Shown here: piece after piece, positions 50,359 to 62,403 of the stretch
How positions within the stretch are numbered: position 1 is the first letter of the stretch
Layout: the number at the start of each line of letters is the position of its first letter
Assembly: GCA_051294905.1 (NCBI GenBank)
Contig: CM119372.1
Span: 2,668,001 to 2,732,000 of the forward strand
Reading direction: 5' to 3'
Source: Botryllus schlosseri
Lineage: Eukaryota
DNA length: 64,000 nucleotides
Notes under the pieces: generated by a model
What the model was told of the DNA's origin: nothing
Seen by the model: the letters and a program-made list of their open reading frames with translations, nothing else
The model's database searches: none
Program-made: the position numbers and the translations under genes

Positions 50359-53300
50359 TTATCCTGCAGTCCATGAACCCTCGGGGGGTCCGACGACTGT
50401 GGCTTCATAAACGGATAATGTCGACCGCTATAAAACTATACTGTATACTTAATTATAACATATGTGCCCTTATTTTCACTGATTTTCAGTATTCATCACG
50501 GCCAACATAGCCACGCAGACGATAGAAACATTAATAATTATACTTTAATTGGTAATCAAGCCGTGACCAGGGCTAGACAAAAGTAATGCAATCATCTGCC
50601 TCTCCACGACATCACAGAAAAAAACCGTCAAGAAGTAGGCAACTGACTTATATGATAAAGAGACAAAATCTAATAGCTGCGTAACGCGATTTATATTTCC
50701 TAATATCACCAGAAAGAAGTGTTCTACGCACTCAGCCTGCATTGCTGCACGTAACATTTCTTGCATTTTTTTGTCGTTTGGAGTTCTTCGGCACTCCGGA
50801 AATGAGAATCCTCGCACTCCTCCAGCGTGAATCTGTGGAACACGTAACACCACCAGCCTTTATAGCCTAAAATTAACAGACAAAATGTTGGGATGAATGA
50901 CGATGAGCAATTGCGCTTATTCACTGCGACACCATTGCTTGCTACACATACCACAATGCTCTCCCATATAATGGCTGCAAGTGCCTAACGGTTCTTCCGG
51001 ACACTGGTATTCCAAATTGCATTTCATCGCGCATTCGTTTGCAGCCAATACCTTTTTCTTCATATCTAGGAATTATAACCGCAAGTTGAAATAAGTTTTG
51101 AATTGAAATGCTCAATGTTATAATCATACTTCGCTGGAGTAATAAATGCTACGTTAGAAAATACACAATATAGTAGGAGGGCAAGATATATATAAACATA
51201 AGCTATCATATATAGTTGTACCAGGGGTGGTCAAAGTAGTAAGTGTTTATATTCAAATAGAAGTAGCAATTTCGAAGACTTTTCACAACTACTTTGAGTA
51301 TACGTGGAAAATGTAAATTTGAAAAGTACTCAAGCAGGTACTTTCTAAAATCAGATTATGGTCAATGGGTCACATACATTTAGCAGTCATAATGATATAG
51401 TCCGTTTCGATATTGCGGGTGCATCTTCGCTATACTAACGCAAAATGAGCAATTAGGGTACAAATAGGTGTCATTTTCAGAAAACATATTAAGTTTTCAC
51501 GATACAGGAGATCTTTTACCAAGTTGTCGTGACCATTCCACTTCTGATAGGTAGCCTATTATATCAGGGGCGGGCAACTTAGGGCCCGCGGGCCGGATCC
51601 GGCCCGTAAACGGATTTTGAGCGGCCCGCAGACATATCCAACCCTGAAAGAGAAATTTCAACCTGAATCATGGACATTTTTTGCGTGACTGAATAAATCC
51701 GAATTTGCCAACCTGAGAAAGATGGCCTTCAAACTACGTGTTCTGATCGGATCTACGTACATTCGCGTGCAAATATTTTCGATCACGAACATTAACAAGA
51801 CAAGGCTGCATCCCAATCTAACTGATGTTTACATGCAGTCCATACTGAAGACTTCTTAGTCGAACATGGAGCCAGAGTTGAAAGAACTTGTTGCTAACTT
51901 TGATCGACCACATTTGTCTCATTGACTTCAACAGCTATTGAAGTACATTATGGTTAGTAAATTCATTAAACACTGTTTTTGTCATAGTAAATGCTTTAAA
52001 CTTGATGTTCACATTAAATACGATTTATTTCTTGTATAGGTGGACAAATACGCGATTAATGTATCGATTCAGGAATCCGGCCCGTCAACTGCTTCATTTT
52101 CCCATATCCGCCCGGCCGACTAGAGAAGTTGCCCGTCCCTGTATTATATGCAAGCATATCCCGAAACTAATTCCTACTTTATACAATCCAAAGCGTAAAA
52201 ATGATGCAGATTGCCTGAAATAGAAGTGGAATGAGGCAATCCAAAAACATTACCTCTTCAGTAAGTAGTTCAAGCTGGAAAAACCTACTTGAATTCTTTG
52301 CAAACGTAGAAGTAAGCCTACTTCGTTACCGGATACAGCTCTGAGTGCTACTATACGTTGCATTAGCTGTGTTTGAAGCATGGTGACTTGTATGATAGTC
52401 TTACCTTCACTGACGCATTTTTCTCTGCACATGTGGCAGTTTTCAAGTCTATCGTACAGCTCTTTCGTAAATGTGCAAACACCGTTGCAGCCAATATGTG
52501 CGAGGTGGATGCAGTCGTACCAAAATGGAGACATGGTATCACCTGTAGAAAAGCAATAATTACATGTCATGATGCAGCAAGCTCATGTGCGGTGGCGTTA
52601 TAAACTTGCGCCATGAAGTCTTGTATGACATAGTCAGTAAAGCATAATCTACTTACTACATTGTTTGGAGTAGCATGTGACGCACTCGGGAGGCGCTTGT
52701 CTGGCAATTTCCTCGTTTTGCTCTTTGGTGTAGCATGAATCTGGACCTACACATTCGTGCAAGCAATCTCTGACTTGCGGATAAATTTCATTCCAGAGAC
52801 TGACATGCTTATTGGTTTCATCTGAAACATATATCCAGCGTGATATGCAAACATAAATGCGATTGACATTATGTTACGAGCAGGACCGAAACAGCACTTC
52901 GTCAACCCCCCCCCCCCAAAAAAAACACGCTGGTCTTTTCCCTCCCCCCCCCCCCCCCCCCCATAGGGGGATAAACCAAACTTCTGTAGGGCTGCGCCTC
53001 CAGACCACCAACAACCTGTACGTTTTTACCGCTATTTATCAACGATGTTTATTGTGCTAATGAGTGAGTAAGCCTATATCGCCTAAACGCGCGAAACGCG
53101 AAACGCGAAATCTTTTATAATTCATTATTGAATCGGTCGATATGATCGGAAATAGCATGTATATTGCTATCATTTTTTATCATCTCTCTGCTCACGTAAT
53201 CAGATTTAGCAATAGAGCTCAACTAGGCGTATCGGAAAATGTAGGGCCCGTAAACAATAATTAAACATATTCGGGCGAATCAGTTGGTGTATTGACTTCG

Positions 53301-55358
53301 TTACATGATGTTATTTCGTGACCTTCTGTCTGCTATGTCAAAAATATTGGAAGCGCTCTAATGTACCAAACTAAGAGACGAACACGATTTTAGATTGGTA
53401 TTTCTTCACTGACAAATAATTTGTCCAGCGGAAGGACATTTGTCTTGTGAGGTTCAGATTGCCAGGACAGGACAGGCCTAAAACTTGATGTCTTGGTGCG
53501 TTGCGGCGCGGTAATGGACGACGCCGAAATGCCCATTTCTGTAAGGGCAGAGATCATGAAGATAGATTACCGATAAAATCGACAATCGCGTTCACCATGA
53601 TTCAACAACTCAGGATAACAGACCCCAGTTGATCGCAGCGCACGAAGTTGGTTTAAATCTCATGATTTAACAAACCGGAACTAACTATTGTTAACTAGTA
53701 ATCTATAAAAATTGCGTAGTCTACACTGCGTAACATTTCTGCACCATTGCATAGCGATATATCTATCAATATTATTTATTCCGTTTCTTTACTGTACCGT
53801 ACTGATTACGCACGGCTTTCTTTTCGCGGAGATAATAATTCTACCTATTATAGTCGCAGTACCTTTATCAGCAAGCCCCTGTGTCATTCAACAAGTTGAC
53901 AACTGTGACAGACAATAACGCCTTTTCACATTATGATGAAGCAGATAACACCACTTGATTAAAAACTTGGACACCTCGAGTATTCATTGCGCGTAACCTT
54001 ATCCAACTTTATGCGTCGCGATTAGCAGTTTATAATCATACGATTAGCATTATTCGGGATATGCTAACTTTATGATCTCCGCCTAAAATGAGTCCCGATC
54101 ACCAGTTTTTAATCACACGATTAGCAGTTTGCCGGATCAGCTAAATTCATGATCTCTACCCTAAATCATGTGTATATTTTCGCGGGGGAAGGGTACCCAA
54201 CAATCCAGATATTTGACACCAATAAATCGCGCGCAGCTCCCAAAAAGTTGCATATATTTTCAAAAAATATTCTTTATTTTATGTTACATCACGAAATAAT
54301 TTGGGCCCCCCTCGAGCTCGGCCCCCAATTGAGGGGTTTGGGGTGTGGCAGTTACGGTCCTGATTACGGGCAGAATCTATCGCCCCGACTGTATATTTAG
54401 GGTAATCGGACAGAAGGGCGGGCCAGCGAGTTATGTAGCGGGTAGATATATCGACGTGACATCAACGGAACTGCGTGTGAATCAGCAACAAACATGTCGG
54501 CCTCAGTAATTAGAACACCGTTATCATCGAACATCAACAAGCATGGTTCTGAACAGACTCGACAACTGGATGATTAATTGATTATAGTTTTCCAATTGGA
54601 CTAATTAGAGAGCGAAATCTCGGTGATCTAATTTTCCTCTCCTTTGTAAAATCGTTTTACGCTCTAATTTCAATTCTAGTCCAATTTCTGGTTTTCCTGA
54701 AAAAGATACAGAAGAGCTGCGTATAGTTCGAATCGAGACAAGCTTGTTTTACAGACATTTCCACACTCACGCTCTTGAGAATGGGCTCTGATTTGACATT
54801 GGCGTAACTGGATTTTTGTTTTAACTTCTTCTAATTCTGCATTACATTCAAATTCAACGTTTTTGCGAATTCAGTAACTAATTATAATCAGTTTTGGAAT
54901 ATCTGCGTCGCCTACATATCAATTTGGCCCAAAGTTAAAGGCTACACTACATGGAAGCAGGTCAATTATTCGAACAGGCGACCGCGGAGTATTGCTCCTT
55001 CAAATTCCAATGTGTTAAGTTATGCTAAACTGAAAAATAGAATGCTCTTTGAGGTATATTACCACGAATTTATTTGTGACCAACTGAGCAATGTGACAAT
55101 GACCAACGCACTTAACGTCGTAGTTGTAAGATGTTTTTCGTCACTAAAACCATAGTCATGTCGAACGCACTCCACTGATTTCCTAAAACCGACGAAAAAT
55201 GGCAACTCAATGCACATCCAAGCTACTTTCTAACTGAAGGATTTACAACGACTTACGTCAGACCCAATATTTTTCATACCTTCATCTGGTGATCCTAAGT
55301 TGCCAGGACAAATATTGAACCAGCATAGAAGTAAAGCGTATGCGCTCGATTTCTTCAT
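50359..55358 (-). CDS. Uncharacterised secreted cysteine-rich protein B (~212-222 aa), paralog of A
   Basis: Exons 55358-55280 (Kozak caccgccATG), 52821-52657, 52542-52405, 51065-50952, 50866-50732. These are followed either by tentative exon 50396-50359 (IVGPPEGSWTAG*) or by read-through to TAG at 50724. All GT-AG, phase 1; exons 3 and 4 are the same length as in A (138, 114 nt). Translation: MKKSSAYALLLCWFNICPGNLGSPDEDETNKHVSLWNEIYPQVRDCLHECVGPDSCYTKEQNEEIARQAPPECVTCYSKQCSDTMSPFWYDCIHLAHIGCNGVCTFTKELYDRLENCHMCREKCVSEDMKKKVLAANECAMKCNLEYQCPEEPLGTCSHYMGEHCGYKGWWCYVFHRFTLEECEDSHFRSAEELQTTKKCKKCYVQQCRL... Confidence 0.8.
51222..52343. mobile_element. Family C-related element hosting family E (intron 3 of gene B)
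   Basis: Ends caggggtggtcaaagtag / ttcgttaccggatacagctctg; TSD AGTTGTAC/AGTGCTAC. Confidence 0.55.
51565..52141 (+). mobile_element. Charlie-type element family E
   Basis: Perfect TSD TATTATAT; closely similar to 47496-48068. Confidence 0.92.
52881..54362. mobile_element. Family F element (intron 1 of gene B) with an internal insert at about 53548-54158
   Basis: Inverted homology to 11687-12974; TSD GTTACGAG/ATTACGGG; insert bounded by cagagatcatgaa/ttcatgatctcta. Confidence 0.8.
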
Positions 55359-56528
55359 GGCGGTGCTGCAGACCCGATATTGCAAGTATAGTATGATATC
55401 CTCTCAATACCCTAGCGAGTGTCATGAGTATAGGAAAATGTCACATATATATTTGGCTTGTCTCATGCCTTCGAGCCATTATTTGCTTGTCACCATAGGG
55501 CAGTGCACACTGTACTTTACAGCTATGTCTTTCAGGTGCCCGTCGTATATGTCGCCGTTACTTGAAAAGGTGTAAGATGAATGACCATCAGAATGGGATG
55601 TTAGATATACATTCGTAAACGTCTCGCAAACTGTCGATGTTTTGGAACGTGAAGTTGTAAATTTATAGACAACCGAATGACAGTATGCGCTAAACATAAC
55701 GACTATTTGTCACAATCGATGCATGTATAATAGTTGACGTTATGTTTATCATGGATAGTCAACATCATCGCTCGGACATATTAGAAATGCTGTTTCAGTC
55801 TGAATAGTATAAATATCCTGATCATCACTCATCATTGCTCATTAGATGTGTGTTGATCACGAAATTAGTAAGCCTGATTGCAAAAGAATGTTTCGCGATT
55901 TGAATCCAAGGCTCTGCTGTGCAGCTACTGAAATCAATCATTCGTGAATTGCACGTGAACTAACTTTCGTAATTCTTGCTCATACCACTTACCACAGTTG
56001 TATTTGTTAATTGACTAATGATTGAGATATAGTGATGAAGGTTTAATGTTGGACATATGCAGAAAAACAAGGAATGAATTCGGAGCTGCATAAGTAAATT
56101 ACGGGAGAACGAACGAATGTCAAGCAGCGACGACCTCATGGCTATAATATATATATACATAAAAGAATACATATACAAGCTTCTTTCCAATTCTCTGCTA
56201 GTTGCTGACCATTATCCCTGTCGACTGGCAGCCGAAAATATTCGGGTTTATTTCAATTTGAATATACTACGCAATTGTAAATTGAAGTTCCGTTCCTAAG
56301 CTCTTTAATCAACGTAAAAATGCGTATAAATTGATTGGATATGGATGTGGAGCTCTCTGATGCTCTCTGAAGCCCAAGCCTTCAACCGAGTATAGTTTGC
56401 TCACTCATTACTTCGTCCTAAGCGCTACCTATCCAAGAATCTCCTTCTTATTGAAAATATTCATAAACGGTTATAAATTGCTGAAATGCGTTTTCACCTA
56501 TCCAATAGGATTCTGTACATGTACAAGT

Positions 56529-56870
56529 ACATGTGAGCGATACAGCGCCTTCTTGCCTGTATATTTAACTCTATATTCGTTCATCGGTTCAGAATCAATG
56601 ACCACTCAAACTGTATTTGAGACAGCTAGCAAAATGCAATGGCGTATGCATGCCTCATACTTCGAAAAGGCAACTTGACTTGAACTGTGACTTGACTCGT
56701 GACTTGACTTGACTTGACTCGACTTTACTCGAGTCTCCTCCAAAAATCGAGTGATTTGACTTGACTCGAGTCACCTTCGAAAATCGATTGACTTGACTTG
56801 ACTCGAGTCAAAATGTGCAATGACTCAAAATGACTCGTGACTCGAAGGTAGTGACTTGATCCCAACACTG
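56529..56870. mobile_element. Partial MITE family A (one end)
   Basis: Matches 20868-21197. Confidence 0.85.
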
Positions 56871-58480
56871 CGTGGTCAGGTAATCCTGAAGGCTGACTAG
56901 TATTCATTTAGAAGAAATTGCTTGTATTTCGACCTGAATGCGGACATGCTGGACGACTGTCGGATAGCTGTCGAGATGCTGTTTCACAATTGGGGTCCGG
57001 CATACTTGATGGAGTGATGCGTTTTCTTGTATTTCGTCCTGATCATATGGTAGTTGTTCTCCGTTGAAGCGCGTGTGCCGCACTTGTGCGCTTTTGACTC
57101 CGAGGGGAAGTAGCCTATAGACGTTGAAATTTGAGGGACATTGCCATCAATTGAACTGATACATAAACTGGACAATTTCAAGCTTCCTCGTATATTCTAT
57201 GCTTACAACACGAGTAGATTTATCATGATTTATCAGTCGCACATCCAGGAACGGCAATTTTAGCGTTGGATATTGGTTGGCCAGCGATACCAACGGTTAC
57301 GTTATCGCAGGAGTTATAACGACCAATAATCGGAATTTCGCAGCGTTATCCCGAAGGCTGTTATGGGACGTCCTCTCATGCACTTTGGGCATTTGATCAC
57401 GGGTGACCGCATTCAAGCTTGCGGTAGTATAGGTGCGTGAGATAGGAGGTGAGTATCGTCAGCGAACAGTGTGGTATTTAGTGATGATGTTTCAAAGACA
57501 CCATTGACATATAAAGTTAAAAGGACTGGTCCGAGAACTGAGCCTTGCGGAGCACCACAAATAACAAGGTGCGGGGAGGATAAGGTGTTGGATATCGAAA
57601 CCATTTGAAATCTCCCAGTCAGGTAGCTTTTCATGAGCTCTAGTTGTGGACCCTGGAACCTGTAGCGCGTCGATTTCGAGAGAAGAATATACTGTGATCG
57701 ACGCAGTCAAACGCTTTTTTAGATCAAGAAACATGGTTCACCCCACACTTCGTTTCTCCAAGATGTCGTATAGTACTGTTCAGCCACTGTTAGCAGGACA
57801 TGTGTATAGAGGCCTTTCTTCACGGTACATGCAAGTGTTTATTCCAACAACATAACCCAAACCGGGCGTATACCGGGTGAATTTGAAAAATATTTTTGGA
57901 TCAGGATGGAGTTGGACTGAATTGGAAAATTTCAGGACTGGACCAGAACTGAAAAATATCACAGTCCACTCCTTAATGCCACACATGCGAGGTTGGACGC
58001 GTTAAGCGGAAGCCGAATTGTTGTGGGGAAATGATGGACATCTTGGTGAGGAACGAAGATTGGCGGGATAGGAGCAATTTTTCGAATACAATTCCTATAC
58101 GCGGTAGGACAGATATAGGTCGGTAGCTGGTGACATTAAGTTCTATCTCCGACTTTGTAAACGGGTACAACTCTGGCAGTTCTCAGATGATTTGGGTAAA
58201 CACCATTTTCTCTAATGAAATTGAAAAAATGGGCAATGAAATGGCCGATGAGTATGGTAATTAGTTTTAAAAACCAGACTGGAATTAGATCATATCCATC
58301 AGCCTTATTGGATTTAAGTTCCTAAATGGCGAGTACCACTTCCGTGGAAGTTGCAGGCTCGATGATGGATTGGGATACCGATACCGATTTAACATCAGGC
58401 CTGGTCATCGCAGGTTTCGAAATAGACAAGGCGATTTTATGGCCTACATTGCAAAAATATTCATTAAAGTTCAAGTTTGA
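56871..58480 (-). pseudogene. Decayed CR1/L2-group LINE ORF2
   Basis: Fragments in changing frames: EYFCNVG, SYRPISVLP, QQFGFR, FLDLKK, GAPQGSVLGP, LFADDT; homologous to 62780-63700. Confidence 0.85.
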
Positions 58481-58543
58481 ATCGCCGGCTCTCCGACAGT
58501 CAATCAATCAATCAATCAATCATTGGGTTATAATTTTCATCTA

Positions 58544-58888
58544 AGCATGTCCGCATTCAAGTCGAAATACAAGCAATTTCTTCTAAATCAATACTAGCCA
58601 GTCTTCAGGATTACCGGACCACGACCTAACATCGACCTCGCCCTCCGCCACATGCCACCTCATTTTGTCGCTTGCGTCTTATATTCTCTGCATTACTTTT
58701 CTTTCAGTGTGCAATTTGCATACCTCTTATTTACTTCGCCTAGGCTAAGGTGGGTGTCTGATCTTAATGACTATATACTCCAAGTTGTTTCGACACCTTC
58801 CTATCTTTTCATTGTATCGCAGTCTTGTGATGTTTTGAAACGATGAAAATATTAATAAACCTGATTGATTGATTGATTGATTGATTGA
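58544..58888 (+). mobile_element. 5'-truncated CR1/L2-group LINE 3' end with (TGAT)n tail
   Basis: Encodes the ORF2 C-terminus (MSAFKSKYKQFLLNQY) plus 3' UTR and a (GATT)n tail. Confidence 0.85.
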
Positions 58889-59060
58889 ATCGGATTAGGA
58901 TTAGGATTGAAGTATACAAAATCTCTGGATTAGGATTTCAAGCTTCGCATTAGGATAGGATTAGGACATGCAAATTCCAAATCCACTCGATGCTGCGCGA
59001 TACCATAGGGATTCACCATTCAGTTTTCAATGGATTCAAGAATTGCAATATAACATAGCC

Positions 59061-61731
59061 CAGTGCTTTTCAACCTGTGTGACGGTTCGCACTTGTGCGA
59101 ATGAAAAAAATTGCAGTGCGAATGACGAAGGTGGTGCGAATGAAAATCCCGGATGAGTGCGAAAGAAAATCGCGAATGATAATTGTTAATTTTTCTGACC
59201 TGGAATAATTCAAATAAACCTAATAGGAAATTCAAGGGCAGTGTAACTTTTGTAGTTGCGACGCTATTGTAAAAACTTGCTCAACTTACTCTAACTACAC
59301 CACTAATCGCAGCTCTCACAAGCCATAGTGAATTAATATTTTCGCATTATAATTATTACGTAACCAAAAAAGCCTGGTTTGTTAGCTTGTGTAGTGGCAG
59401 ACATACAGTATATCAGCCCGTCCAACCCTGCGACAGGCTGAAAAAATGGCGTCAAATTGACTTCCTGCTTTCTTTCGCTAAACAATATTTAGTAATAACT
59501 GTTCAATTAGTGCGAGACACGAGAATAGTAGTAAATACTAGGGATGGTGTGAACGTGAGGTTCTCGTTCGCGTTCTGTGTGTGAACCTCAGAAATTTAGA
59601 GGTTCACGTTCACAAACGAACCTTGATAGGTTCTGCACTGTGAACCTTTTTTCATATATTACAATTTTCACTTCAGTAAAACATCATTGGTTGAAATTAA
59701 TTGCATTTCAACTGCGGGCCACTATATGCATGGCGGTGGCAGCATAAAAAAAAAACACTAAACAAGCATTGACCTTGACAATCTCAAAAATTTTACTTGC
59801 TTTGTTACAAAGTTTGCTCGAATATTTAGTGACTCTCTGCTGTGAGCTTGACCCGCAATCACACAACATCAAGAGCGAAATACTCTGCCTGTAGGTAGTC
59901 AGCGAATGATGCTTATTCCACCAATCAATGAAATTGATATCATTGTCTGATGTAAAAAATCAAGCATGCGTTCGGGGCCAATCTTGATTCCATATGTTTA
60001 TTGTATCATAAAAACCAAATCCATGCGATCGGATTGTTGGCTACTTCTGTATAACTTGTTAATGGGGTAACATTGGTAACAAGTGAAGTAACCCGTTTTA
60101 CACTTTGCTCGATATCAAAGTAGCAATACTCCGCCGAATATACATTGTCCGATTACATTATATGTAATATTTGGAGGATTCATTGCAAAAATCCTACGAT
60201 AGTTTTTACAAATCTAAGGTCACGGTGTTGGGTAATGTAGCCAATAAGCAAGACACGCATAAAATATGGCTTTATCATGATAAGATTTGTCCGACTGGTT
60301 GTTGTTGTTGTTGTTTATTAAACATAAATAATGGCGCTTATCGCCTGACGGCCTTTTGCGCCACGGCCAATAACATTGTACATGAATAATGGCGGAAACG
60401 GAATAAATTGGATGCACTCAGTTCATAACAGGCGGTATCACAAGGACACGAGGGTAGACCAAAAACACGAGGGTAAGGCGGTTGCACAAGAAAACAAATC
60501 AATTATCAGAATAGCATGATAAACTCAAGTTACAAATTGCGGTTGCACGATAACACAAATTCAACAACATAAGGCGTTATTTGAGGATTAAGGAGTAAAT
60601 CGGTTATACGAAAATTCACTTTCAATTGCGCACATTTATCTACAAGAAATTCACGGTGAAAAGCATATTTTGGACAACATATTAAAAAGTGTTCCACGGT
60701 TTCGGGGTTTCGGGGTTTCGGGGCCAACCTCTTCTGCGTCGGGGCACATGACGACGTAAACTTCTGGCCAGCAAACCGCTGATATAAATGCGGTGCCGAA
60801 ACATAAGCGTCGACAAAACCTTGGCCAAAAATTAGCGATGCTGGATGGCCAAACCATTCGATATGGATATGCTCCGTTGTCGGCACGGAATAGTCCCGTT
60901 CTTGCAATCTGAGTAGAATGCAGTTGTACAACTGCGACACGCAGATGAATTTAATTTACCCTAATATGAGATCGCGTTCGTCAGACATATTTTGTAGAAG
61001 TGTGATGGATAGAATTGTGGTGTGCGCGTTCTGTATGTCATACATGTCCGTAAAATCGTAGCATATACCACTGATTTATTAAAAATGAATTCCTTTTCAT
61101 GGGTGAGGCTTGGGTAGCGAGATGCCACAAAAACTCAGATTTTGGTGGCAGTCTAAAAAGCTGCTTTGACGTTATTAAACTGAATTCTCAAGTTAGACTG
61201 TGCTAAAGAGCAGAACACAGAGTCGCGAGTTTGTTTGCTCTTCCCACATACTCGCGAGACAGAAAATGGGAAATAAAAAAAAAAAGTTGGAGCAGCTTAT
61301 AATAAGGTAGCGAGCTCTAATGTGCCTACTTTCCTTCATCGTTTGGACCTTATTTTCCAAGACATAAGACAAAAGCCTCAACAAAAAAAGTGGGTTTCCC
61401 ACCCTGTCGACATACTGGAGCCTCCTAGACCGTTTTGTCAGCTCTCAAAATCGATTTATTTCAGCAAGCATTTTTCACTCGTTACAACTTGTTTGGCCGA
61501 GAAGGGTTTTAGCGAAATTGTTGAAATCCAAACTGGCGAAAATAGTAGCCCTTTTAATGAGACACTTGAGGATAGCTTGAGATACATAGTATTCCATTTG
61601 TTGCAAATCTTAACAGCTAATGGTTGTATCTTCATCTTCTTATTGTATAACAATTTTTGGTTAGTTTTTGCGAATGAAATTTATTTTAGAAAAAAAGTGC
61701 GAACGAAGCTCAAAAAGGTTGAAAAGCACTG
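59061..61731 (+). mobile_element. Buster/Charlie-type hAT deletion derivative, 2.67 kb
   Basis: TIR CAGTGCTTTTCAACCT; perfect TSD ACATAGCC; remnant hATC motif TTCLAEKGFSEIVEIQT...LEDSLR at about 61480-61580. Confidence 0.88.
60298..60710 (-). mobile_element. 3' fragment of a non-LTR retrotransposon with C-terminal zinc-knuckle remnant and (CAA)n tail
   Basis: ETVEHFLICCPKY motif, stop at 60530, then AATAAA followed by (CAA)n on the minus strand. Confidence 0.7.
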
Positions 61732-62403
61732 ACATAGCCTTTATAAGGGCGATGACCTTTCGCGAATTTTTTTGTAGCGAGATATGGCTCAATGAATTGA
61801 AACCGCATTCTTATGCGTGGGGGATGTTGTCGCAGAAGTGTTTATGAATTTTCTTGTTTGTGATATGCACTTGACACGAAAACTGTACAAGAAATAACTA
61901 TGCACCGGTATGCAATGCATCGATAATCACGCAAGCTTCATATCCGATTCGCCGTAAAGTAGTAGTTTTTGATTAGGTTTGGATTCAAACTTTATGTAAA
62001 GCTGGACGACGGATTTTTTATACGACCTGCCTGTTATGTTAAGTTAGTGTTCGATTCGCTATGTAATCGCAATATGACGATAGACTTTTAAATAGAGTTA
62101 TATCCACTGACTTCGACATGACACGCGAAATGTATTCGAGATTTGAATTTGGACTTGGATTCGGACCTGGAATTAGAAAACGATTTGGATTTGAAGATAT
62201 TAAATTCGCACTATGCTTTATCTCACGGCACGCCGAGCTTCGAATATCCGAGTTTTTTCTCTATAGTTTCTTCAGCGATTACCAGTGAACTCGGACCTCG
62301 GAGAACCCGGCCTTACAAACTCGGCCCTCGGACCTCGGTGAGCCCAGCCCTCGATGAACTCGGCCCTCGGTGAATTCCGCACTCGGGAAATTTTGTATTC
62401 ACC

